This document shows, piece by piece, positions 49,109-59,189 of a DNA stretch of 64,000 bases (the first letter of the stretch is position 1; every line of letters begins with the position of its first letter). Origin of the DNA: a virus (taxonomy: Duplodnaviria; Caudoviricetes); the IMG/VR virus record IMGVR_UViG_3300025600_000004, positions 15,564 through 79,563 of that record; one strand, 5' to 3'. A program made the translations under genes and the position numbers. Below the pieces are notes generated by a model. The model had not been told where the DNA came from, made no database searches, and saw only the letters and a program-made list of their open reading frames with translations.

Positions 49109-49163
49109 TCTTAGATATGGCAAAGGAACCAAGTGCAATCCTTGGTTCCCAGATGGAGGAACA

Positions 49164-49610
49164 ATGAATATATCACCATTACTCTTTGACTGTACTCAAG
49201 GGTACGATGGGACAGCAGTGGAAATCTATGTATCAGGGTGTACTCGGAACTGCAAAGGTTGCCATAATCCACAAATGCAGAGTTTTAACCATGGAAAAGA
49301 ACTATGGTACTCTGATCTTATCCAAGAACTCAATGAACACAAAGAATGGTTCGACATCATCAGTATACTCGGTGGCGATCTAATGTGCCAAAACCTCTTT
49401 GATGCAGCGACATTCACTAAGATATTACATAGGAAATTCCCAGACAAAAAACTCTGGTTATTCACTGGAGCAGAGTTGTCAGAGGTTCATGGTTTTTTCT
49501 TAGAGCATTTTGATGTCATTAAGACTGGGACATACGAAGAATCCCTTCGGCAATCCACTGGGCTGGCATCGTCAAACCAGAGATTAAACATGAAAGGCAG
49601 TGATTATTAA
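49164..49610 (+). CDS. nrdG: Class III RNR activase (radical SAM)
   Basis: SGCTRNCKGCHN CxxxCxxC, ISILGGD, WLFTG, DVIKTG, SSNQR; GGAGG before ATG 49164. Confidence 0.92.
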   Translation: MNISPLLFDCTQGYDGTAVEIYVSGCTRNCKGCHNPQMQSFNHGKELWYSDLIQELNEHKEWFDIISILGGDLMCQNLFDAATFTKILHRKFPDKKLWLFTGAELSEVHGFFLEHFDVIKTGTYEESLRQSTGLASSNQRLNMKGSDY

Positions 49611-49789
49611 TGAATGAACTTCAACTCATGGCAGTCGCAGGGCTCAAGAGAAATTTTGAAACCTATGGCAAACCATTCTGCCCATGCTTAAATCCATCGT
49701 TATTCACTCAGCCAAACTCCGATGACTATATATGTAAATGCAAGGAATTCAGAGAGGGCAAAGGATGCCATTGTGGGTTACATCTATGA
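49610..49789 (+). CDS. 59-aa ferredoxin:thioredoxin reductase catalytic-chain-like protein (not in track)
   Basis: YGKPFCPC...DYICKCKEF...GCHCGL; ATG overlaps nrdG stop. Confidence 0.75.
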   Translation: MNELQLMAVAGLKRNFETYGKPFCPCLNPSLFTQPNSDDYICKCKEFREGKGCHCGLHL

Positions 49790-50778
49790 ACCAATGCCAA
49801 ACCTGCGTCTTCTCCAACGAGTTATCATCGTCATCCATCGACCACTGTGGCCTTTGCATCAGCGAAAGCAGTGGAGCTATAGACTTCCCAAGATACATTG
49901 AAAGTCCAAAGTATAAGGAGGTAAACAATGGAGTTCACAGTAACAACTAAGGATGGCAAAGAATTCTCAACAACCATGAATCGCATAAAAGCTAGGGAAG
50001 TCATTGAATCCATTGACACTACCAAGGATATCAAGATGATTCCTACGGATGGCAGTGAGTGGTATGTGATTCCAGGGAATACAGTGAAATACATAGTGTT
50101 TAAGGAGGTAAACAATGGAAACTAACATAGAAAATCTACAGTACCTACTCAGTAAAATGGTCGAGGTGAACACTGGATACCTAGATGCCATAACCACCAG
50201 AGACATAATGATCCTGAGGCTCAACAGTGAAGCCGATGGACTCCGCAGGCGCATAGAAGAGTTAGAGTTTGCCAGTGAATTGCCTGTGGGAATCGAGGTG
50301 AGCCAATGAGTGACTTAGATTATGCCATAGTATTTTGGATCGTGGTTATCATAGTATTTATTGCTTACTGCGGTTTAACAACGAAAGCAGAGGAGGATGA
50401 CAATGATTAGCTTTGAAACCCATAACCTACTAGGAGTTCTCGGAGCGTTTATGTACATCTCAGTAATGGTGCTGATTAACATAGTATTCATTAGTAAGCT
50501 CACAGATATCATTGAGTCTAAAACTACCGGGAAATTCAATGAATGGGCATCGTTCGGCTCTGTGTTTCTGTGGGTGGCAATGGGAATAGCATTGATGGCG
50601 GTGAGTCAATGAGAATCGAGTTAACATCAAAGCATTCCATCGGAGACAGGGTTCCCTGGAATGCACCGTATGGTATGGAAACTGTGATAATATCCAATGT
50701 TGGATTCAATGAATATACTAGGAAATTCTACTATGAAGTCAAAGAATACAGCTTTACATTGAATGAGGAGGAACTACG

Positions 50779-51378
50779 ATGATAACAACCATTGGCAAAC
50801 TATGCACAGACTGGGTTGATGTCAAGAATAAATGCAGAGTCACAGTGAATAAATCAGAGTCCTCCATAGAAGCAACCGAGCTATTCAAAGAGAAGCTGTT
50901 GATATCTGAGCATAGTCCCATTAGACTACTTCGGATCTCATGGAAATGGGCATTGAAGTACTGGCTATCCACTGAATTCTCTCGGCATCACATAGGATGG
51001 GAGAAGTGGATTAGTACACAGAGGGATGACAGGACTGCTACGAACCGCAATGCATCTCCCCAGGATACAGAGGTGGCAATGGCAGTCGAAGCTAATGCAC
51101 AGGCACTTATCAATGTAGCGAGGGTTAGACTATGTAATGGCAGTGCTCACCCAGAAGCCAGAGCACACATGGAGTCATTGAAACGAACATTGTACGCCCA
51201 TGAGCCTGAGATTGCCAGTGTCATGCAGAAGAATTGCGTGTATAGATGTGGATGCCCTGAGTTTGTCCCATGTGGGTACTGGGATGGCTTCGTACAGAGG
51301 CATCTTGGGCTTAACATGTGCGACATCGGTGCGAGGTATCGAGCTGTTAACTATGAATTTCTAGGAGGTAAACAATGA
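50779..51378 (+). CDS. thyX: Flavin-dependent thymidylate synthase-like protein
   Basis: EHSPIR, STEFSRHH, STQRDDR, NAQALINVARVRLC. Confidence 0.8.
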   Translation: MITTIGKLCTDWVDVKNKCRVTVNKSESSIEATELFKEKLLISEHSPIRLLRISWKWALKYWLSTEFSRHHIGWEKWISTQRDDRTATNRNASPQDTEVAMAVEANAQALINVARVRLCNGSAHPEARAHMESLKRTLYAHEPEIASVMQKNCVYRCGCPEFVPCGYWDGFVQRHLGLNMCDIGARYRAVNYEFLGGKQ

Positions 51379-51586
51379 AAATCCTAACATTAAACTCAGA
51401 ATACATAGTAGACGGCAAGGAGCTATGGAAGAACGGTGTACTCCTTAGTAAAGACGTAAGGGATGTCATGGGAGTCACAAAGGGAACATGGATGTTTTAT
51501 GAAGGTGTCCCTTGTGTCGGTGACATGCTGTACGTTCAATATGGTGCGAAGTATCTTAGGACTTCTACGATAACGGAGGTAGAACA

Positions 51587-52183
51587 ATGAAATACAAAGT
51601 AAACGATGATGTCCGAGTAATCACCACTGACACCTGTGGGTTTGGCTGTGGATATATAGGAAAGGTCACTGCAGTCTATGGCGATAACTATGAGGTCGAC
51701 GGGGCGTGTGAGTACTGCGATGAAGAACTGGAGTTCATTGCTCCCCGGCGTACCCGTGGCTTCCAACGCATCAAAGGCTTCGAAGACATTCCATTGCCAA
51801 CCAGAGCTACAAAGTACTCCGCAGGGTATGACCTAGCTTCTGCCATAGACATCACTATTATACCCGATGCTGCCGTAGTCATTCCAACTGGACTCAAAGC
51901 GTACATGTTACCCAATGAATTCCTAGGACTCTATGTAAGGTCTTCCATAGGAAAACAAGGGCTGGCGATGGTCACTGGAGTTTCTGTGATTGACTCAGAC
52001 TACTATGAAAACCAAGACAACGATGGTCACATCTTCGTGATGTTGAGAAATGATTCTTCGTTTACCATAGAGATTACGAAGGGTACAAGGCTGGTTCAAG
52101 GCATCTTCCATAGCTATCTCTGCACCGACGATGACAAATGTACAAATGTTAGAAATGGTGGAATAGGGAGTACCAACATATGA
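51587..52183 (+). CDS. dut: Trimeric dUTPase with extra N-terminal SH3-like module
   Basis: SAGYDL, IPTG, RSSIG, VIDSDYY, RLVQG, RNGGIGST. Confidence 0.92.
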   Translation: MKYKVNDDVRVITTDTCGFGCGYIGKVTAVYGDNYEVDGACEYCDEELEFIAPRRTRGFQRIKGFEDIPLPTRATKYSAGYDLASAIDITIIPDAAVVIPTGLKAYMLPNEFLGLYVRSSIGKQGLAMVTGVSVIDSDYYENQDNDGHIFVMLRNDSSFTIEITKGTRLVQGIFHSYLCTDDDKCTNVRNGGIGSTNI

Positions 52184-52827
52184 CGAAAATAAAGACATGT
52201 GAAATATGTGGAACCACAGATGGCGTTATTTACAAAAGCACCAAATATAATAAAGTGTTATGCTCAAGGCATTCAGCACAAATGGATAATCATGGGAAAA
52301 TATTAGAAAGAACGAGGTATGACGGTAACAAGTTTATTATCAATGGAGATATATTGACAATTACTATGTATGATAATAAAGGCAATGAGAATGGTGAAAC
52401 AATACTTGATGCTAAACATTACGATGCTGTTTCTGCGTTTAAATGGCATTGCTTAAAAGGAAGTAAGTACGCAGGGAGCCGTATAAACGGAAAGCAAATC
52501 CAATTACATAGGCTTATAACAAATGCTAATGACGAAATGGTCGTTGACCATAGAAACCATAACACCTTGGATAATAGAGATATAAATTTAAAAGTATGTA
52601 CTCGTCAAGAAAATTCATGGAACTATAGTAATAACCCAGCTAATACCAGTGGACATAAAGGTGTATATTAGTACAAAAGAGATAGCAAGTGGCAGGCGAA
52701 AATATACGTAAAGAATAAAAGCATACATCTTGGTTACTTCGACAATATAGACGATGCTATAAACGCTCGCAAGGAAGCTGAGATTAAGTACTTTGGAGAA
52801 TGTCTTTATAGCTCCACTGGAGCATAA
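52180..52827 (+). pseudogene. HNH-AP2 endonuclease interrupted by in-frame TAG at 52669-52671
   Basis: HNH part ends GHKGVY*; same frame continues YKRDSKWQAKI...HLGYFDNIDDAINARKEAE to TAA 52827. Confidence 0.8.
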
Positions 52828-52879
52828 CTATGTCCACTATGTTGCCCAAAGTTTCCTAAGATAATGAAGGAGGAATTCT

Positions 52880-53236
52880 ATGCAAGCAACCCTGCACTAC
52901 CATTGTTACCTACTACGCATCAAAGACTACTGGGTGCGCCTTGTCTTCCATCGCGGAGCCAAGCGTCACCATCGTAAATACCTTCGTACCCTAGGGACTG
53001 ACATAGAATTCCTTGGCTCCTTGCCCTTGCCAATCAAGTATGACATAGATGTCCAAGTAGGCCAGGGAACCAAGGTGGTCAATAGCTTTACAGTAATCTC
53101 CTGCAAGCATGTGAGACAGATGATAACCCAAGACCTCCAAGAGCAAACCTTAGTAGAATACCAAAGGTCATCCATAGTCAGAATCCGTAGAGGACAGGAG
53201 GATTACATCGATGCAAAGATTCTTAGACAAGCTTGA
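52880..53236 (+). CDS. Hypothetical protein
   Basis: GGAGG RBS after motif copy. Confidence 0.5.
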   Translation: MQATLHYHCYLLRIKDYWVRLVFHRGAKRHHRKYLRTLGTDIEFLGSLPLPIKYDIDVQVGQGTKVVNSFTVISCKHVRQMITQDLQEQTLVEYQRSSIVRIRRGQEDYIDAKILRQA

Positions 53237-53798
53237 GCACCACCTATGTGATCTGAGGAATGTGCAGAGTTCATTGCCTTCCTCTGGTGGCCTTGAACTC
53301 TTAGAAGAGCAGTATAGACGCAGGTTACTCATAGGGCACTTCAGAGTTCTATGTTCCCTGCGAGACTCCGAAGGATCACCAGTGCTGGATCGTAGAAACC
53401 GTCGCATCCTATACCTCTACGCTGTGGGGCATTCCCAGCGAGCCATAGCAACCAAGGTAGGCATCAATCAACCCAATGTACTCAAGCGAATCAATAGTAT
53501 GTCTAAGAAGATACTGATGTACGCCCCAGTACAAACATTGGATGGTCTATGGGGGCTTCTGCAGAGTTCACAGTCAACTAAGACTGCCCATGCTCCCGAG
53601 GTTATGTTGGGATTAGGCTTCGATGCTGCACAGGAGACATACGCAGGGAGTTACTGGGGTAAACACAATGGCAACAAGGCGTGGAAGACTAAGAGTACCT
53701 GTGAAGTTCCTGCGTATCTCTCAGTCTGCTTTGGAGACAAGGAGACTCGATGTAGTTACTGTGGGATCGGATGTAGTCGTAAGAAGGTCAATGGATGA
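53211..53798 (+). CDS. Sigma70-region-4-like HTH protein, candidate late transcription activator
   Basis: RRILYLYAVGHSQRAIATKVGINQPNVLKRINS; Cys-rich C-terminus; last gene of early block. Confidence 0.6.
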   Translation: MQRFLDKLEHHLCDLRNVQSSLPSSGGLELLEEQYRRRLLIGHFRVLCSLRDSEGSPVLDRRNRRILYLYAVGHSQRAIATKVGINQPNVLKRINSMSKKILMYAPVQTLDGLWGLLQSSQSTKTAHAPEVMLGLGFDAAQETYAGSYWGKHNGNKAWKTKSTCEVPAYLSVCFGDKETRCSYCGIGCSRKKVNG

Positions 53799-53817
53799 AC
53801 ATAGAAAAACCCACTGA

Positions 53818-54291
53818 TTATACAGTGGGTTTCTTTGCATCCTTCTTGAAACTCCCGAAGATGGCAGTGATGTCTTCCATGGACTCTATGGTACGGGTGA
53901 TGGCTACTCTGCCCTCCGATGCCCAACCTACGTCTACCAAGGATGATCCTATGCTCTTAAGGTATGGTCGGTATGATTTAGTAAGATTATCGGCAGTCAA
54001 TGTTGAACCTGGCTTTGGGGAATAGAAGATAGTCCCAGCGGACTCAATGGCCTTTCGATAGGACAGCATATACTTAGCAAAGACCTTGGCTTCTTCCAAT
54101 GACAACACCGCGATCTTATCGTCTCTAAGAGCTACCACGGGCTTACCATTGATGACGCTGACGTTCTCAGGTTTCAATGCTATTACATCGTTGACACTGA
54201 AGCCCTTCGTTGACAATGCATGGATGGCTATGTATTTATCTTGGCTTGTCTTACGACCTTGGGCGATGGCGATGTGGGGTACTTCGTTCAT
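53818..54291 (-). CDS. Degenerate tyrosine-recombinase-fold protein (catalytic residues absent)
   Basis: DKYIAIHALSTKGFSVNDVIALKPENV resembles the TGxRxxElxxL box without Arg; no HxxR; GGAGG before ATG 54291. Confidence 0.5.
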   Translation of the reverse strand: MNEVPHIAIAQGRKTSQDKYIAIHALSTKGFSVNDVIALKPENVSVINGKPVVALRDDKIAVLSLEEAKVFAKYMLSYRKAIESAGTIFYSPKPGSTLTADNLTKSYRPYLKSIGSSLVDVGWASEGRVAITRTIESMEDITAIFGSFKKDAKKPTV

Positions 54292-54923
54292 ACTATGACC
54301 TCCTATGTTAGTTACGTTATCATTGTATCCATTATACTTCTTTGATATACATGGTGTCAAGGATGGTCTTAAGACGGTCGAGGGAGTTTCATCGCCTACC
54401 ATTGGAATATCCGTGGAACAAATCTGGGAGTCATCCATAGAACTTCGCAGGTATTCCACGACCTCTACCATGGCTATTCGCAGAATTCCCTAGAAGGATT
54501 TTCAGCCATGCCATGGAACTTCCTAGAATCTCCCAGGTATTTCAAAGTCGCCTACCATCGATATTCTCAGAAACTTCCAGAGCAAACCCGAGGGTCATCC
54601 ATGTCGATTCTAGGAAATCCCTGGCAAGTTTTCAGTGCGTACCATGACCTTCTGGGAGTACCGTGGGTACTATGAATCCCTCGGAGACACTGAATCCCTC
54701 GGATGACATTGGAATCCTGGGATTCCATTGTATACCCTGTGTAGCGTTGTTGACAGTGATTTACCTCGTGACCTATGTATACCTATGGACGATGAGGCAA
54801 AGTGGCTTGGTGGTGGCAAGGTGGAAGCGTGGGAGGATATTGGTTTGATTTGTGCTTGACATAGTGGGTATATTATGGTAATATTGACTTAGTTGGAATA
54901 CGTAATTAAATAGAGGATGGTGT

Positions 54924-55205
54924 TTGAGAATGACAAATGAAGAAGTCGGAAAAGAACTATTGTATCAAAGGAAAATACAGGGACTAACACAGAGACAATA
55001 CGCTGAACAATTAGGACTAACAAGAGCACAGTATGTAGGGTATGAGCGAGGTAATCCAGAAAAGGTAATAGTGGACAAATCATACTTCGCAGAATTCAAT
55101 AAAATAATGAATCAGCCAGGTATAGAGCATGAAGGAGTCATTGGTTTTAACCCAGAGCAAGCGGGATATGTTCAGAGGGTACTGAGAGAGATTAAAGGAG
55201 AATAA
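54924..55205 (+). CDS. XRE-family HTH (Cro-like)
   Basis: GLTQRQYAEQLGLTRAQYVGYERG. Confidence 0.8.
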   Translation: MRMTNEEVGKELLYQRKIQGLTQRQYAEQLGLTRAQYVGYERGNPEKVIVDKSYFAEFNKIMNQPGIEHEGVIGFNPEQAGYVQRVLREIKGE

Positions 55206-55208
55206 CAA

Positions 55209-55238
55209 AGAAGACCTACGTTAATTCGTAGGTCTTTT
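55209..55238. terminator. Bidirectional terminator
   Basis: AAGACCTACG-TTAATT-CGTAGGTCTT with A/T flanks. Confidence 0.7.
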
Positions 55239-55396
55239 CCTTACAATCCCATTGTACCTACCTAGTAGGACGCTGGTGCGGTTTTACGGTGTAACGTAGG
55301 TATTCCATAAGGGTGTATGGATTAAAGCTGTGGTGTGGCGTTGTAGGGCGTGGGATATAAAGAAAGACCATAGATTAATTCTATGGTCTCAGTGGA

Positions 55397-56173
55397 TTAC
55401 CTCGGATCTGCGTATTTTTGGGTTAATCTGTAGGAGCCTTGAATATGTTCTTCGATTATCCCTCGTTCCATGAGTCTGGGGATATACCTTGTATAATCTG
55501 TAGTCTGCGTATTGCCACAACTCGCCTCTAATAACTCTATAGCCATATCACGGACATCGTTGAATGCTCTGGCTTTTGGTATTCCTGAGTAATCTCTAGG
55601 CGGTAAAGAGTCCATAATTTCTTTTACATTTTGGCGAACCTTATTAAATTTTTCATCATTTATCGTAAGTTTACCTATATTATATGATATATAATTACTA
55701 CGCTGCGATATAGGGCGACAATTGTTATTTTTAAGAATCAGTGGATCACACTTTAATACCTCTGAAAGCTTTAGAATGAAGCGATCAGATGGCAATTTAT
55801 ATTTATTACCCTTTCTTGCCTGATATGCCGATATAGTTATCCCTAGTAAATCAATAAAATCCTTTTGAGATAGTCCCATGTTTTCCCTTTTATTTTCTAT
55901 GTTTTCCCAAAAATTTCTTACCGCTGTTACTTCTGATAATAATGTGGAATGTGTATTCTTATTTGTCATATTTTCCATAGTTGTGTTTAGTACTTCACAT
56001 ATTGCTATTGCTATTTTCTCTCTTATATTATTGGCTCTTACCTCCCAATAATTATACATTGGTTTAGTTATTCCCAACTCTCCAGCCATGTACTGCTGGC
56101 TATACCCTTTGTCTTCTCTTAGTTGTTTTAAGTTTGTGCGGAATATCATCATATTAACTCCAACTATTTTCAT
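55397..56173 (-). CDS. Tandem double-XRE HTH regulator (AT-rich)
   Basis: NLKQLREDKGYSQQYMAGELG and NKRENMGLSQKDFIDLLG. Confidence 0.8.
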   Translation of the reverse strand: MKIVGVNMMIFRTNLKQLREDKGYSQQYMAGELGITKPMYNYWEVRANNIREKIAIAICEVLNTTMENMTNKNTHSTLLSEVTAVRNFWENIENKRENMGLSQKDFIDLLGITISAYQARKGNKYKLPSDRFILKLSEVLKCDPLILKNNNCRPISQRSNYISYNIGKLTINDEKFNKVRQNVKEIMDSLPPRDYSGIPKARAFNDVRDMAIELLEASCGNTQTTDYTRYIPRLMERGIIEEHIQGSYRLTQKYADPR

Positions 56174-56500
56174 AATATCACTACCTTTCCGTCCATTAAT
56201 GTACATTCATTGTATCATAGATCCCTTAGATAGTCAATAAGTCATTGTATCAATATGTTTCTTTGCATGTCGTCATTACTCTATGTATTACAATGTTTAA
56301 TCCTATGTAGATACCACAAATCCCATTGCACCTACCTCACAGCACCATAGAGCAACTTTGTCCACATGCGCATACAATCCATAGGACTACATAGATTAAA
56401 CCTCTGTAATCTCATCGTAGAGCGTCGAATTCAAAGTACACAAAGAAATACCCACGTTTTACCGTGGGCTGCCTGTGATTATTCATATGTGATCTCCTTA

Positions 56501-56884
56501 TCAACTATGTACATCTGTATAATCATCGCTGTTCAATGCCTCGAAGAATTCTAGTTTCTGTTTGAAATAACTAAGTGTGTCATTGATTATCATTGTAGAT
56601 AACTTGTTAATTTCTGAGAATTCAAAGACTTCCTTCAATGTTACTTCCTTTGTCTCATCGATTTCCAACACATCAAGGTATTTGTCTAGGTTATACTTAG
56701 CTTGCAATGATTCCATGAATTCCCTTGAGCTCTTCAATGTAGTTATCCCAGTTTCTTTGCTGATCCTTGCAATTACATCGAAGTCGCTGAATTCTATAGA
56801 CTCTAAGTTCCTCATAATGTCATCATGACTACATCTGATTACTGAGTGATTTAACATTGTCAAACCTCCGTTTATTCTAATCAT
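56501..56884 (-). CDS. Hypothetical protein
   Basis: Leftward ORF with GGAGG RBS before internal start. Confidence 0.5.
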   Translation of the reverse strand: MIRINGGLTMLNHSVIRCSHDDIMRNLESIEFSDFDVIARISKETGITTLKSSREFMESLQAKYNLDKYLDVLEIDETKEVTLKEVFEFSEINKLSTMIINDTLSYFKQKLEFFEALNSDDYTDVHS

Positions 56885-57226
56885 ACCATAAATTTACACT
56901 GTATTCCTAGTTCCCTTCGAAAAACACTGCCACGCAGAATCCCATTAGTATCAATGTTAGCATGATGTTACCTCCTTGATTATCAATGAATTGTCGGATA
57001 CCATAGCCAGCCCGTGGGCAATCATAGTATCAATGTATAACTTTAGGTCTGACAGAGTAAGTACTATGGATGTACCCTTGGCTGTCCAGTGTTGGCCCGC
57101 GGGTATCAGTTGGATGTCATTGTAGGTCATTGGTTGGCCTCCTTGGTTTAGTCATAGATACTATGAGTATCACTAGTTTCTCTTTGAGCTTCATCGTATT
57201 CCCTCCTTATTATCTTAGTTCTCCAT

Positions 57227-57258
57227 AGTGCCAACTAAGGTAATTCTTAGTTGGCACT
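57227..57258. terminator. 13-bp perfect hairpin
   Basis: AGTGCCAACTAAG-GTAATT-CTTAGTTGGCACT. Confidence 0.6.
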
Positions 57259-57272
57259 GGCAAAACTAAGTC

Positions 57273-57632
57273 CTATGTCCACGTCATGACATTCGCTGAT
57301 GATTCTGCGTACTTCATTGACTCTCTAAGTGTCTCGGCTCCATTGCCGTACTGCGTTAACCATTGTTCCAGCTGTGGCACAGTTGCAGTGTATCTCCTTG
57401 TTTCATCCATTGATAGACACTCGTTTGCTATGGTTATCAATGCCTTCCATACAACCTGCTCTGGGGCTAGTCGATGACTGCTGAGTTGATACTGTAATTC
57501 CTTGCTGGTGCGGATGCATAGGATTATCGAAGCGTTTAACTCAGATTCATTGATATGACCTTGGTGTGCGAAGGCATTGCTCAGGCTGTCGTGGGTTTTG
57601 CCTGGGTCTGTCAGTGAGAGTATGTTGTCCAT
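57273..57632 (-). CDS. Hypothetical protein
   Basis: GGAGGTG RBS preceded by a minus-strand motif copy. Confidence 0.55.
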   Translation of the reverse strand: MDNILSLTDPGKTHDSLSNAFAHQGHINESELNASIILCIRTSKELQYQLSSHRLAPEQVVWKALITIANECLSMDETRRYTATVPQLEQWLTQYGNGAETLRESMKYAESSANVMTWT

Positions 57633-57691
57633 GTTATCACCTCCTTTCGTTCGAAGGAAACTTTGGGAAACATAGTTTACATAGTTGTACC

Positions 57692-58204
57692 CTAGTCAAG
57701 CCTTATAATTCCTTTGCTGGTCACTGTATAGCCATCGAATCCGAGGTCTCTTCCTAGTCTTTCAAAGTCAATATAGTTTGCCAATGTACCCATAGCACTA
57801 GTATCTCCCCATAGACCTTCATCGAACATCTCTTGTGCTAGGTCTTCCAATGAATCACATTGATAGAATTGGTATGACTGAGATTCTAAGATTTCCATTG
57901 CCTGTTCAAATGTTCCACCATTGGCTTCTAGGATTGAACTAAGTATGTCCTGCTCACTGGTGTCTAAGTTGTCATATGATTCTGCTATGGTATTCAATGA
58001 ATCAATCGAAGTATATTCGCCGATTTCTAAGCCTTCAATGTCTGTCTCATGATCACTATTGAAATATTCTTCGTATTCTTCATTGATACCTATGGAGTCG
58101 AGGCATTCTTTGATTTCTTCCTCTGTTGCTGGGAGGGTTAACCATGCATATACTAAGTTGCCTTCATTGTATTTTCCTAGGTTTGTTACTGCGAGTTTAA
58201 TCAT
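57692..58204 (-). CDS. ardA: ArdA anti-restriction (DNA mimic) protein
   Basis: VTNLGKYNEGNL..AWLTLP, EEYF..D.E, YIDFERLGRDL; very acidic. Confidence 0.9.
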   Translation of the reverse strand: MIKLAVTNLGKYNEGNLVYAWLTLPATEEEIKECLDSIGINEEYEEYFNSDHETDIEGLEIGEYTSIDSLNTIAESYDNLDTSEQDILSSILEANGGTFEQAMEILESQSYQFYQCDSLEDLAQEMFDEGLWGDTSAMGTLANYIDFERLGRDLGFDGYTVTSKGIIRLD

Positions 58205-58616
58205 TGTATTTCCTCCTTGTGCCTGAGACCCTTTGTTCTCCACGGCATAACCATTGATTCAGTGAATGTTGCTAAACATGAACAGTGAGCTTCAGAGAAC
58301 TACCAGCCTCTACGAAATATACAGTCCAGCCATTGTTTAAATTCTCTGTTCTTACCTTTGAATCTCCTAGTCTTCAGTGTCAGCATAGTATTTCCAAGTA
58401 CTCACAGTACTCCGCAGAATGCTGAGTGTACAACTTAGTTTCCTTCATTGGTTCATAGTTACCCTCTGCATGACATTGTATCAACAGTTCTATGTCTGCG
58501 AGGTTTGCCTTTGGGATTCGTCGGTGGGACATGATGTTCTTAAGTTGCTTGGCTGTCATTGGAAGACCTCCTTTGTGTTCGTGGAAACTTTGAGAAACAG
58601 GGTGGACATAGTTATC

Positions 58617-59189
58617 TTAGGCAATATCACCGTTGGCGTAGAATTCGTAGTCGTTGGCTTCGCAGGTTTCGATCATGCATTCCTCTGAATTCTGATATTC
58701 AAGTTCTGCATACCCTGTCTTTTCTAGTTCTCTACAGATACCTATGCGCCATTCGTTGATAGTTTCTTCGCAGGACTCAATGAATTTAGCCAATGCTTTA
58801 CCATAGTATCTATGGGAATATAACTCTGTTTGTACAGTGTATTCATGGGCGCACTGGTGGCTTATTCTTTCGAATTTCAAAGTAAAGTAGGGAAGGACTT
58901 TGATTAACCTTGCAGGTACTTTGTTATCATAGACTTTATTAAGAATTGTCATTGCTTCTTCGTTTTCCCATCGTCCTGTAAAGCTAACACCGTCACCTTG
59001 GCAACTACTGAGGCTATAACTAAGTTCAGCATGGGGAATTTTATAGAATTCACTTAGATCGTTTTCAAGGGTATCAGTGAGCAGGAAGGAATCATCATCG
59101 TTAAGCCAGTGCTTTACTTTGTCCTTTGCACGTTCGCTAAGTTCTCCATAGGTATATACATTGACTTCTTTAATTCTCATTGTTATCAT
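58617..59189 (-). CDS. Conserved mobile-element hypothetical protein
   Basis: VYTYGELSERAK...ELEKTGY.ELEY..SEE...ETCEANDYEF. Confidence 0.6.
   Translation of the reverse strand: MITMRIKEVNVYTYGELSERAKDKVKHWLNDDDSFLLTDTLENDLSEFYKIPHAELSYSLSSCQGDGVSFTGRWENEEAMTILNKVYDNKVPARLIKVLPYFTLKFERISHQCAHEYTVQTELYSHRYYGKALAKFIESCEETINEWRIGICRELEKTGYAELEYQNSEECMIETCEANDYEFYANGDIA

Noticed and set aside
52669-52671. Genome-wide amber recoding
   Set aside because: Many well-supported genes end in TAG at expected lengths (e.g. 2440, 8811, 29845)
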